A stretch of DNA of 64,000 nucleotides from an uncultured Bacillota bacterium (GCA_949282275.1 CASDOO010000020.1:4965-68964); one strand, 5' to 3'. Positions 20,835 through 30,157 are shown, numbered from the stretch's first letter. Numbers and translations: made by a program. Notes: generated by a model from the sequence alone, not told the origin.

Positions 20835-23679
20835 TTTCAGCAGCTCCTTTGAGAGTCCAAACGTTGTTTGAAAAGCTTAACGAGTATAGACGTGTTCGAG
20901 AATCACCAGTATCTCCACCTGCGTAACGGTATAAATATGTTGTGGCAGTGTTGCCGTTTATTGAATCTTGGACATAAACAAAACTTCCTCTGTAAAAAAC
21001 ATTAATCGGCCGATTGAAAGTTAACCCGTCACCATAGTCTGTGCCGTTGATAGAAATATAGTTTCCGTTGTTGGTTACTTGGAAAAAGGAACCAGAAAGA
21101 TCGTCTGGGGAATCGGCGGATGTTTGAAGATTCACTGTACCATAGAAATTGGCTTTATTTGTTTTGTCCCATGAGTGTGACCAAGAATAATCAGGAATAA
21201 ATGCATAGGTTGATGTTCCATTGTCAATCAAACCAGTGATTGAGTCATAGTGATATTCCGGTTTGTTAGACAAAGAAATTCCAGCGGATGATTCTGGGGT
21301 AACGCTAGATGAGGAAGAACCGCCCACAACGGAATAGTCGACTGTCGTTACATCAACCAACACTTCGCGTTCTGTGTTCATTAGCGGTGGTGTATAGAAC
21401 CCTCGAACATAGAAATAGTTTTGCCCTATGGATGTCTTTCCAGGAGCCGTGTTTGGTCCAAGCATAAAATAATTACCAAATAAACTAACCTTTCGATGAG
21501 AAGAAATAGAATTCCAGTCATTTATTGATCTTCTGAAGGCGGACATGTTTTCAATATCCATCATGCCCCCAAAACGAAAAGAATGGTACATAGGTATGAG
21601 ATTATTAGAAGAGTCCCGATTTTCTCTAAATATAATTTTTCCATCGAAATCGGCATAGGCAGGAGTTGCTGCAAGAGATTTCCAAAGAGGCGCATAGGAA
21701 GAATTCGAGAGGAGATTCGTGTTTCTTGCATCATAGAGAGGATAATTTGTTGTTCCAGGTTCGGAATAATAAAAGGTGTCCAGAAAAGTCAATCCACCAA
21801 CGCTTTGGTATGTCTGATAATCAATAAATGAGTCGTTGTTTGTCATTAAATCTGCCGAAGAATAGGAAAGAATCAAATTGCTATTTCTATCAAAATCCAA
21901 ATAGGAACCGGCCATAAACACGATTTCTTGGTTGAGATAAATCGTTGAATTTAAGATATGGGCTTTGAAATAAAAGGGCAGGAAAAACTGATATTTCCGT
22001 GAATCCATCGTAATATGATTTCCAGCGACATTAAAATCCAAGAGCCAGTTGGCAAAAGTCAATTCAGCATTTTCAATATAGTAATGGATTTCTTGATTGA
22101 ACAAGTCAGATGCATATTTTGTCAATGACTCGTTATAGCGGACATCTCGTATTATTTTCCCGTTTGATAGTTGAAGAAGGTTATTTTCTTCATTGGCGGC
22201 TCCTATAAATGAAACCAATCCGGTGACACCTAAACAGACATTTCCATTATTCCCAAGGCCTATATTGGTGATTCCGGCAAGATCAACCTTATATTCTCCG
22301 CTAAAATATGAGCCGGCATAAAAAACAATTTTGCAGTCCAAATAGGGGCATCTGTAGAAATTAAAAGGAGAATTGTTGTTGAAAAAAGATACTGGAGCCG
22401 ACATTGGGAGAAAAACATCCTCTATCACAAAAGGGGATTGAAGGCTGGAGCCAGGAAGCATTATAAGAGTTCCAAAAGAACTTGAATCGTTGAATCTTGA
22501 ACTATCGGTAATAGACCCATAGGAGATGATTTTGCTCCCATTGGGCATGATAAGATCATATCCGTTTAAGTCAATTTCACAATAATTGCCAATGATAAAA
22601 CCTTGATATCCAGATTGGGAAAAATCTAAGTTGTTGCCAAAATAGCCTGTGATTCCTCCCAACGTTATGTTAGCGCTGAAAATGATATCGTTTTGTAATG
22701 AAAAACGCGTGACACAATAGTTTCGAGAATAAGAGTTAGCAGACGAATTATATGTTTTGGTTCCACTATTTGAGGATGCGTTTTGATATTTATACGGGGT
22801 TCTTTTTGAAGAATCACCGCCTTCGGAGGAGTTGGCTTCGGGATTTGAAAGTCCTATCGTTGAATCTCCGCCATAGGAAATGAATTTGTCACTGCTATCA
22901 TGATAGCCATATCCGTTGGTTTGATTTTTAAGCCACGAGTCATCTTTATGTGATAATCTGTAATTAACAGAATTCCCCCGTGCCATATCAGCATCCCTTG
23001 TTTGTTTGACATGAGATGTCAAGAAATATTGCCCATTTGTAAAGCTTGGTGTAATGCCGGCATTTTTTTCCGAAGCCGTAATTCCCATCACCCTTGTCTC
23101 AACGCTTTGATTGTATCCTTCTGATGTTAGATGAATGATATTGTCCGGCGTTCCGATGAATTGTTCGCCGTAATCAAGTGTTTCGTCATAGGTGCTTTGT
23201 AGTGTTGTCGTCTGGTACGTGGATTCCGTTCTTGAGGCAAAGCTGGTATTGTTGGCACCCAAACAGCTGGCGCTTACCGTATTCGTATAATTCGCTGCCG
23301 TGCCTGTGAGAAGCATATCTTCCGTCACATCAATATGCTTGCTTAGGGACTGCCCGTTATAGGTGCCGCCGCTTGCCTTCCAGGAAAGATATTGATTGCC
23401 TGAGACATACATTGTGTTGGGGTCGTTGTTCGTGGCATCGGCAAGATCGGCCATGCTCAAAATATAGCCATCCTCAAAATAGCGTGTCGTTGTTTCTTCC
23501 GTGGCGGTGTTTTGGAAGGTAACCTTGTGGTAGTCCTTATTGGTATCCTTGTTTTCGTCGACATTGCTCACACCGGTTTCGGGACCATCTTCCTGAATCT
23601 GATACCCGGCATAGCCATTTGTGATAGGCATGATGAGGAAGGTCAGGAAGAGAAATGTTTTCAAGAGTTTCTGTTTCAT
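20827..23679 (-). CDS. Large secreted Asn/Ser/Tyr-rich protein, putative adhesin or fibre tip
   Basis: Signal peptide ending 'TNGYA|GYQ'; short InlB-B-repeat-like segment near the N-terminus; most of the gene is visibly more AT-rich than its neighbours. Confidence 0.6.
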   Translation of the reverse strand: MKQKLLKTFLFLTFLIMPITNGYAGYQIQEDGPETGVSNVDENKDTNKDYHKVTFQNTATEETTTRYFEDGYILSMADLADATNNDPNTMYVSGNQYLSWKASGGTYNGQSLSKHIDVTEDMLLTGTAANYTNTVSASCLGANNTSFASRTESTYQTTTLQSTYDETLDYGEQFIGTPDNIIHLTSEGYNQSVETRVMGITASEKNAGITPSFTNGQYFLTSHVKQTRDADMARGNSVNYRLSHKDDSWLKNQTNGYGYHDSSDKFISYGGDSTIGLSNPEANSSEGGDSSKRTPYKYQNASSNSGTKTYNSSANSYSRNYCVTRFSLQNDIIFSANITLGGITGYFGNNLDFSQSGYQGFIIGNYCEIDLNGYDLIMPNGSKIISYGSITDSSRFNDSSSFGTLIMLPGSSLQSPFVIEDVFLPMSAPVSFFNNNSPFNFYRCPYLDCKIVFYAGSYFSGEYKVDLAGITNIGLGNNGNVCLGVTGLVSFIGAANEENNLLQLSNGKIIRDVRYNESLTKYASDLFNQEIHYYIENAELTFANWLLDFNVAGNHITMDSRKYQFFLPFYFKAHILNSTIYLNQEIVFMAGSYLDFDRNSNLILSYSSADLMTNNDSFIDYQTYQSVGGLTFLDTFYYSEPGTTNYPLYDARNTNLLSNSSYAPLWKSLAATPAYADFDGKIIFRENRDSSNNLIPMYHSFRFGGMMDIENMSAFRRSINDWNSISSHRKVSLFGNYFMLGPNTAPGKTSIGQNYFYVRGFYTPPLMNTEREVLVDVTTVDYSVVGGSSSSSVTPESSAGISLSNKPEYHYDSITGLIDNGTSTYAFIPDYSWSHSWDKTNKANFYGTVNLQTSADSPDDLSGSFFQVTNNGNYISINGTDYGDGLTFNRPINVFYRGSFVYVQDSINGNTATTYLYRYAGGDTGDSRTRLYSLSFSNNVWTLKGAAENA

Positions 23680-23684
23680 GGTCT

Positions 23685-24476
23685 TTAGACTCCTTTCGAG
23701 GTGGTGATGGATAGAGTCACGCCAGAGAAGTCCGCCAAGGTCAGGTTTTCCATTTTGGATAGGTCAAAATCCAATACCAAGGAATACTTGTTCATGGTGG
23801 CGATATAAGTCGTCAGGACATCGGCGAAGGAATAGAGATAGTAGTCATCGGGAATGGTGGCACCGCCCAAGGTATGATCGGTGATGAGTACGGAAAGGGT
23901 GATTGTCTTGTTTGCGGTGTCTCCCTTGAGATAGGTTCTTTCGGTCCCGCTTTCGGAAATGCGATTGTTTTCCACATGCCAATTGGATAAAGGAAGGGTG
24001 AGATCCTCATTCGGATTTGAAATGGGCCGATATTGGAAATAGGCATCGGCATTGTCGACAAGGGCGTTGATGTCGACAGTGGCGCTTTCGGGGAAGGAAA
24101 AGACGAAATCGATCGTCCCGGTGCATCCAGCATTTCCGCCAATTGAGTTGTTTATCTGTGCCAAAACGACAGATGCCTTTTCTGTAGTCGTGAAGGAAAT
24201 GGTGAAATTGTCTTTATCAGTACTTCCTATGCCATCGGTATCAATCGTGTTTTGCAAATCCATCAATTCGTTTCCGTCGGAATAATAGTGGATTCCTTCG
24301 CAGGATATGGTCGTGAAAAGATAGTTGAGATAGCTTGGGACAGTTGTCACTTGTATGGCTCCAGGGTTTGTGCTTGCGCCGGAGATGTTGCCTGTCACGG
24401 AAAAAGCGGCAAAGGAAACGGACATGGTCATGAGGATGCCGGTAGCCAGAATCAAAGACAATGTCCTTTTTCTCAT
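23685..24476 (-). CDS. Secreted protein with SipW-type signal peptide (minor fibre subunit candidate)
   Basis: MRKRT + hydrophobic core + 'SVSFA|AFSV'; Thr/Ser-rich beta-type mature region. Confidence 0.6.
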   Translation of the reverse strand: MRKRTLSLILATGILMTMSVSFAAFSVTGNISGASTNPGAIQVTTVPSYLNYLFTTISCEGIHYYSDGNELMDLQNTIDTDGIGSTDKDNFTISFTTTEKASVVLAQINNSIGGNAGCTGTIDFVFSFPESATVDINALVDNADAYFQYRPISNPNEDLTLPLSNWHVENNRISESGTERTYLKGDTANKTITLSVLITDHTLGGATIPDDYYLYSFADVLTTYIATMNKYSLVLDFDLSKMENLTLADFSGVTLSITTSKGV

Positions 24477-24478
24477 GT

Positions 24479-25615
24479 TTAGTTCTCCTCAAAGCATGCG
24501 AATAGCCTTGTGTATTGTTTTGTGACAGGAGTCAGGTCCGTGAATTTCCCCGCCCTAGGATCGTTAGGCCCTTGGGCGGAGGTGTACCATCCGATGAAGG
24601 TGGCCCCGTCCTTGGAAGCGGTCGGTATTTGGCTGATGTCGAGGCTTTCTCCCTTCAGACAGGTGACCCGGGAAAGATAGGAGCCATCCAGGATGCCGCC
24701 ATTCGTCGTGGCATCGAACTCGACCGTGCAGGGAATCGTCTCATTCTTCAGATTTGCGATGAGATCCCAAGTGAAACCATTGAAAAGATAGATGGCAAAG
24801 TTGGTGAGGTCATAATAGAAGTCGCCCTGCTTTGCCTGCATGGAAATCTCGAATGTGGGTTCGCCGTTCCCGCTGAACCACTTCGTCGATTCGGGCATCG
24901 GGAATTCCAGGACGTCGATGTTTTCCTGATTGGGGTCATCGGTATATGTGACATAGATGTAATAGGTTCCGTTGGCGCTTTGAGTCGTGATGCTGGAAAT
25001 CCCTCTTCCGTCCTCGCCGTCGTTCCCCTTGATATACGGTATTGTGATTGTTGTCGGGTTCTTGCCTTCGTCGGTGTAGGAAATGGTGATCGTCGTGTTT
25101 CCTTCCTCGTCTCTCGTGCTTTCGATGTTCTCGATTCCGATGCCATCCTTCCCGTTCTGGAGAACGAACTGTTTTTCCGTGCCGTCCGTCAGGCGAATGG
25201 TGACCGTTGTCGTTTCGGTGGTGCTATCGAAGTCGGTAAGGATTTCCTCTATGCTGACGGCATCTTCAAGTTCGATACGCTCCTGTTCCATCGTCTCGTC
25301 CGTGAAGGTGATGACGAGATAGGTCTTCCCGGTTTCAGGGTCGGTAACCTTCTCGATCTTTTCGATTCCGTTGCCAATTGGTCCCTGAGGTCCCATTTCT
25401 CCATTCTCCGGCGCAGGTATGGTGAATTCGACAGGTTGGTAATAGTCATCGGTGAAGGTGATGGTAATGGTGGTGTTCCCTTCCTCGTCCATCTTCGTCG
25501 CGATGTTCTCGATCTGCATTCCGCCATCGTCAAAGAAGGACCCGCAGGAGGTCAACGGCAACAGGAAGAGGAAGGCAAGGATGAAGAGCCTAAGACGTCT
25601 AAAGATTCTTTTCAT
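24479..25615 (-). CDS. Lipoprotein with tandem beta repeats, short G-x-y linkers and a C-terminal InlB B-repeat-like domain
   Basis: Lipobox LTS|C; repeated 'IENI...EEGNTTITI.(F/Y)TD' units; 'GKDGIG' and 'GNDGEDGRG' linkers; 'PTASKDGATFIGWYT'. Confidence 0.7.
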   Translation of the reverse strand: MKRIFRRLRLFILAFLFLLPLTSCGSFFDDGGMQIENIATKMDEEGNTTITITFTDDYYQPVEFTIPAPENGEMGPQGPIGNGIEKIEKVTDPETGKTYLVITFTDETMEQERIELEDAVSIEEILTDFDSTTETTTVTIRLTDGTEKQFVLQNGKDGIGIENIESTRDEEGNTTITISYTDEGKNPTTITIPYIKGNDGEDGRGISSITTQSANGTYYIYVTYTDDPNQENIDVLEFPMPESTKWFSGNGEPTFEISMQAKQGDFYYDLTNFAIYLFNGFTWDLIANLKNETIPCTVEFDATTNGGILDGSYLSRVTCLKGESLDISQIPTASKDGATFIGWYTSAQGPNDPRAGKFTDLTPVTKQYTRLFACFEEN

Positions 25616-26717
25616 GTTGGCCTCCTATCTTCAGGAATGGAACGTTCGTGACGAAGTCAATGCCATCCTCTTCTTCCTGGATGTTGGCATGGCAGAGAGG
25701 ACAATGGCCGTCAATCGCCGGGGAGTGGCAGATGGGACAGATGCCATCCTTTTCTCTCTTGGTCAGTGCCGTCCAGGAGACGATGAAGGAAAGAAGATCG
25801 TTGACTTCGAGGAAGGAGAACGTCCTTTCGTCTTTTCCGTTTCGGATCGTCAACGCCGGGAAGAAGAAACTGAAGCCGACTTCCAAGGCATAGAGAGTCT
25901 TCTTGTCGCCATGACGGATCTCGATTGTCATATCCTCGTCTGTCCGGAGCCTGTACTCCATTCTTCCGTCTGTTCCGACAAGGAATCCGTCTTTCTCCAC
26001 GGCATGGAGTCTTTCGTGGAAGAGGGCAAGGAGGTTCTTCCGGAATTCTTTTCTCATGAGTCTTCTTTCGTCTTGTCTTCTGAGGAAGAAGTCGAGGCAG
26101 GTTCGGTAATCCTTCTGCTCCATGAGAAGATTTGTCGGTTCGACGCTTTCGAAGGGACGGAGAGGGATTCCCATTCCATCGGCGGCCTTCTTGAGGAATG
26201 CTGCCTTTCGATAGAGGGCAAAAAGGTTGTTCGTGATATCTTCCGTTCCCCTTTTTTTGGAATCCTCATCCTTGAGAAAGTCGTCAAGGAGACGGATCGT
26301 TCCATAGGGGCCATAGGAGATACCGTTCTTAAGGAAGGGGAGGAAGGAATCGCCCCTGCGGATGAAATCCAATGCCTTTTCGGAGTCCTTTGCTATTAGG
26401 CTGAGGACGAAGAGGGCAAAGCGATTCTCGTAGGTATCAAAACTCTCCTCCGGCATTTCGTCATAGGCTTTTTCAAGGGACAGCCTTCCACTGGAATCCC
26501 GTCGGAAGAGCCGAGGATCCCGATAAGTCTTTTCCATGAGGGAGCGGTCGTAGTGTCGGATCTGCTCGATTCGGGAAAGCTGTTCCGAAGCGAAAAGGCG
26601 AGATTTCTGGAGACGAAGGATATTCTCGATTGCCTCCAGGACGAGCCGATGATTGGCAAGCCTGTCCTTTATGACAAGGGGGCTATCCCTGCCATCGGAC
26701 TTTCTTTCCGCGATCAT
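25599..26717 (-). CDS. McrC-like/DUF2357-like protein with C-terminal CxxC-x8-CxxC zinc ribbon
   Basis: 'ESFDTYENRF' and 'PTNLLMEQKDYR' resemble DUF2357 motifs; ATGA-coupled to the McrB-like gene; 'CPICHSPAIDGHCPLCH'. Confidence 0.65.
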   Translation of the reverse strand: MIAERKSDGRDSPLVIKDRLANHRLVLEAIENILRLQKSRLFASEQLSRIEQIRHYDRSLMEKTYRDPRLFRRDSSGRLSLEKAYDEMPEESFDTYENRFALFVLSLIAKDSEKALDFIRRGDSFLPFLKNGISYGPYGTIRLLDDFLKDEDSKKRGTEDITNNLFALYRKAAFLKKAADGMGIPLRPFESVEPTNLLMEQKDYRTCLDFFLRRQDERRLMRKEFRKNLLALFHERLHAVEKDGFLVGTDGRMEYRLRTDEDMTIEIRHGDKKTLYALEVGFSFFFPALTIRNGKDERTFSFLEVNDLLSFIVSWTALTKREKDGICPICHSPAIDGHCPLCHANIQEEEDGIDFVTNVPFLKIGGQHEKNL

Positions 26718-28606
26718 AAACCGATCCTCTGGATTGTCCTTTCGATCTGCTTTCTGGAAAGAGAGAAAGATTCCTTTCCGTAGAGGGCATCGATCTTTTC
26801 GAGAAGACGCCTCAAGGAGAGGCCAAGGGAGGAATCCATCCTTCCTTGGAGTTTTCTTAGGACCTTTGTGGCAAAGAGGTAGTCGAGGAGTTCCTCCTTC
26901 TTTCTTCCCATTGCCTGATAGACGGGAACCATCTTGTCGATTTGACGAAGGAGACGGTTTCCGATGGCAATGGCGAATTCCGTTTCCATGAAGGCGAGCA
27001 AATCGAGGAAAGCTTTTCTATCGTTCTCATCGAAGCGAAGGTCCATGTCTTCTTCCGCCTTGGCAAAGAGGTCGCTTAGGCCATCATAGGAAAGCAGGAT
27101 GGGATTGACATCCTTTTCGACCACGATTTCCCGTTGATAGTTCTCGAAATCGATGACGATGGCACGGTCGATGACCTTGTCCGTGACCGTATAGGTCGAA
27201 TCGTCCTTGTTGCACGTTCCGACGAAGTAGGTGTTGGGAAGGAGGTCGATGCATCCATTGCGAAGATGCCTTGGGCAATCGTAGTCATCCGGAAGCGAGA
27301 GAAGGGGAATGCGTCTTTCGTCCTCCGGGAATTCCAGGACGGAAAGGAAGTCGGCGAAGTAGTACTCGACACGGGAGATGTTCATCTCGTCGAGGACCAT
27401 CAGGTTGAGACGGCTAGAAGAATAGGACGCCTGGTAGAGCCTTCTTAGGAAGGGTGTCTCCATGTATTTCCTCGTGAATTCGTTGTAATAGCCAAGAAGG
27501 TCGGATTTCTCTTTGTAGGTCACTTGGATTGATTCGAAGAAAGCTTCCTCGCCGATGAACTTGGCAAAATATCTTGGGAGGGAGGACTTTCCGGTTCCGG
27601 AGATGCCTTCCAGGATGATGAGATGGGTGGCATTCATCGCCGAGACAAAGAGGGCAAGCTCCTTTTTCTCATAGAAGAGATGTTCTTTCTTCGCAAGATA
27701 GGCCTGCAAGTCATCGATGAGAGAGGAAAGGGTAATGTTGGGACTATCCATGGCGACGAAGTTGGCCGATACGTTTGCCTCGTCAATCTGTGAGAGGGCG
27801 GGGAAAAGCTTTTCCTTTTCGGGAAGGACGACCTCGTCATGATTTTCTTGAGTTGGAACAACCTTTAATTCAATTGGTGAATCGCTTGCGATAGTTCCTT
27901 CTGTAGGGTCGTTTTTCCCGGATGAATTGGCTTGAACTGTCGTTTTTTTGGAATCAACTTCCCCGAAGGAGGAGACGACATCCTTTCCATCATCCTGAAG
28001 TTCACCGGGTTCTTCCTTTTCCTCTTTCTCGATTTCCTGCCTTTCCTTCTCTTCTTTCCTGATTTGCTCCTGGCTGTAGCTTGTGAGATTGACCTTGGCA
28101 AATCCGATGCAATAGACGCAGATACCGATGAGCGCGAAGACGAAAAGGCCAAGGATGACGAAGAAGAGGGCGGATAGGACAATGACCTGACTGACGAAGG
28201 TCATCGTCGTCGGATAGCTATCCATGCCGACGGCAAGATGGAAGAGGCTTCCAAGGCCGAGGGAGAGGGCGACTGCGACAAGGAAGGCGATTCCATAATA
28301 AAGCCATGCCTTTCTCGAATAGACCTTCTCGCCGTGACGCCTCATCCAATACATGATGTAGCAACAGGCCATGTCGAAGAGGACGATGTAGACAAGGATA
28401 AAGATGAGCATCAGCCACATGATCGGCGTTGCCGCAATTGCCGGGAATCCGAAGAGGGCTCCCAGTGCGGCAATGGGATTGGTCCTGGCAAAGATCGTAT
28501 AGCTTGCATCCAGCCCGAAGGCCGTGACCAAGGCGATGACGGCATAGAATACCGCTAGGCATATGCTCAGCTTGTTGGCCCTTGTCAGCTTGTTCTCCAT
28601 AGTCAC
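26714..28606 (-). CDS. McrB-family AAA+ NTPase with N-terminal multi-TM domain
   Basis: 'LIILEGISGTGKS' (Walker A), 'DLLGYYN', 'VLDEMNISRVEYYFADFLS' (Walker B), 'GTCNKDDST..VTDKVIDRA' (NxxD signature); about 4 TM helices in residues ~10-170. Confidence 0.85.
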   Translation of the reverse strand: MTMENKLTRANKLSICLAVFYAVIALVTAFGLDASYTIFARTNPIAALGALFGFPAIAATPIMWLMLIFILVYIVLFDMACCYIMYWMRRHGEKVYSRKAWLYYGIAFLVAVALSLGLGSLFHLAVGMDSYPTTMTFVSQVIVLSALFFVILGLFVFALIGICVYCIGFAKVNLTSYSQEQIRKEEKERQEIEKEEKEEPGELQDDGKDVVSSFGEVDSKKTTVQANSSGKNDPTEGTIASDSPIELKVVPTQENHDEVVLPEKEKLFPALSQIDEANVSANFVAMDSPNITLSSLIDDLQAYLAKKEHLFYEKKELALFVSAMNATHLIILEGISGTGKSSLPRYFAKFIGEEAFFESIQVTYKEKSDLLGYYNEFTRKYMETPFLRRLYQASYSSSRLNLMVLDEMNISRVEYYFADFLSVLEFPEDERRIPLLSLPDDYDCPRHLRNGCIDLLPNTYFVGTCNKDDSTYTVTDKVIDRAIVIDFENYQREIVVEKDVNPILLSYDGLSDLFAKAEEDMDLRFDENDRKAFLDLLAFMETEFAIAIGNRLLRQIDKMVPVYQAMGRKKEELLDYLFATKVLRKLQGRMDSSLGLSLRRLLEKIDALYGKESFSLSRKQIERTIQRIGL

Positions 28607-29505
28607 CTTTCACTTTCCGGAAGAGCTATCCTTTCCTTGTCGATGAGAAGATAGCTTTCCCCTTCATATTCCTTTTCTTCGTTGTAATCGTATTCGCCTT
28701 CCTTTACGACCAATGTCCCGTCTTCCGAAACGATCTCATATTCCTTTGCTTTCCCTACTTTTTCGAAAAGCATTGCCTTCCGTTCCTCTTCCTTCTTCTG
28801 CTGGATACGCATGCACTGATCATAGAGGATAAGGACATAGAGGATTCCGCAGAAAGCAAGGATGCCATAGTTGGATTGGACGAAGAGGACGAGGATTCCT
28901 AGCTTCGGTATTCGGAAGTGCGTGTAGACACCGACCAGATTGTCCATCGTCACCATGGTCGGATCGCTCGTATCGTTGGCATCGCCTCTCGTGACAAGGA
29001 AATTCTCCTTCTTTTCGATGACCCGGTGGACGATTGGTCTTCCTTCCTCATCAATATAGCAAACGATGTCGTAAAGCTGGATTTCATCCAAGGAGTCGAC
29101 ACGTCTAACGGCAATCATGTCGTTGACCTGAATCTGGTCATTAAGATTATTTTTGAAGAGATAGTCGTTTCTTTCGTTCTTCTCCGACATGGAGCCTGTC
29201 ACGATGACCATCGTCTCATATGGAAGATGGAAGGCATTGATGACGCGGGTCGTCAGAGAAAGAAGGAAGAACAAAGATAAGACGATTACAAGAACATCCA
29301 GAAGGATGCCGGCAATCTTGCGTATCCTCCTGGATGTCCGATTCTTCTCTTTTTCTTCTTCGAGATGCACTCCGTAGACAAGATAGGCATCTCTTTTCCC
29401 TTTCTTCACTTCCTCGATACTCTTTTTGACATAGTAGATAAGCAGGCAGGTCAAGCCGGCAAGAAAGAACAGCGTTATGGCGAGGACGATCCAAAAGAGG
29501 TTCAT
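28603..29505 (-). CDS. sipW: Signal peptidase I, SipW/ER (S26B) type
   Basis: 'VTGSM' catalytic Ser, 'IVHRV' His, 'TRGDAN'; flanking TMs. Confidence 0.85.
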   Translation of the reverse strand: MNLFWIVLAITLFFLAGLTCLLIYYVKKSIEEVKKGKRDAYLVYGVHLEEEKEKNRTSRRIRKIAGILLDVLVIVLSLFFLLSLTTRVINAFHLPYETMVIVTGSMSEKNERNDYLFKNNLNDQIQVNDMIAVRRVDSLDEIQLYDIVCYIDEEGRPIVHRVIEKKENFLVTRGDANDTSDPTMVTMDNLVGVYTHFRIPKLGILVLFVQSNYGILAFCGILYVLILYDQCMRIQQKKEEERKAMLFEKVGKAKEYEIVSEDGTLVVKEGEYDYNEEKEYEGESYLLIDKERIALPESER

Positions 29506-29519
29506 ATCAATGGGAGGGG

Positions 29520-30128
29520 TTAAGCGGTGGCGTCAGTGACCGTAACGACAAATTTAATCGTTGTTGCCTGAAGAGCTGTGTTGAAGGCATTCATAGCAGT
29601 GCTAATTGTTTCCTTGTCTTCTTCGGCAGAATAGAAGGCAACAGGATCGGTGTTACCGAATTTTTCACCCCAACCAAAAGTAAAGGTGTAGTTGAGAGAT
29701 TCGGCAAAGGTCTTACTCAGCGAGGTTGGATCGGGAAGAGTGATGTAGCCTGAGGTTACTGCATTTCCTTCTCCATCAGCAGAGACCGTGACGGTAATGT
29801 TCTTTCCCGATAAATCTTCGCCTCCAGTGGCAGTGACATCAATTTGAAGATCTAAGTTGGCCTCCGGGATTCCGTCATATTGGAGAACCGCATTGTCCGT
29901 ATCGGCTGTGGTAGGATAGAAGGCTAATTTCTCGTTTTCATGAATGGTGGCAGTGATGTCATAGCTTTCGTCCACAATGATGACTGGTTCAAGCTGAGTG
30001 TCTCCAGGGTTGGTGATGTTGGTATCGGCGAGAACGTATCCGGCAAACGCAGCCGTGCCGACTCCGGCAAGCCCGAACAAGAGACCGAGGGTGAGGAAGA
30101 GTTTCTTCCGATTCTTCTTCTCCTTCAT
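29520..30128 (-). CDS. Secreted acidic Thr/Ala-rich protein with SipW-type signal peptide (TasA-like major subunit candidate)
   Basis: Lys-rich N-terminus + 'GVGTAAFA|GYV'; first gene of the operon, strong AAGGAGG SD; adjacent to sipW. Confidence 0.65.
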   Translation of the reverse strand: MKEKKNRKKLFLTLGLLFGLAGVGTAAFAGYVLADTNITNPGDTQLEPVIIVDESYDITATIHENEKLAFYPTTADTDNAVLQYDGIPEANLDLQIDVTATGGEDLSGKNITVTVSADGEGNAVTSGYITLPDPTSLSKTFAESLNYTFTFGWGEKFGNTDPVAFYSAEEDKETISTAMNAFNTALQATTIKFVVTVTDATA

Positions 30129-30157
30129 GGTTTTTCAACCTCCTTTTTGGTCGCTTC

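Noticed and set aside
25599-28606. Calling the pair a standard McrBC restriction system
   Set aside because: No DNA-reader domain, no visible nuclease motif, no defence-island context, and translational coupling to secretion genes. Kept as an open finding instead.
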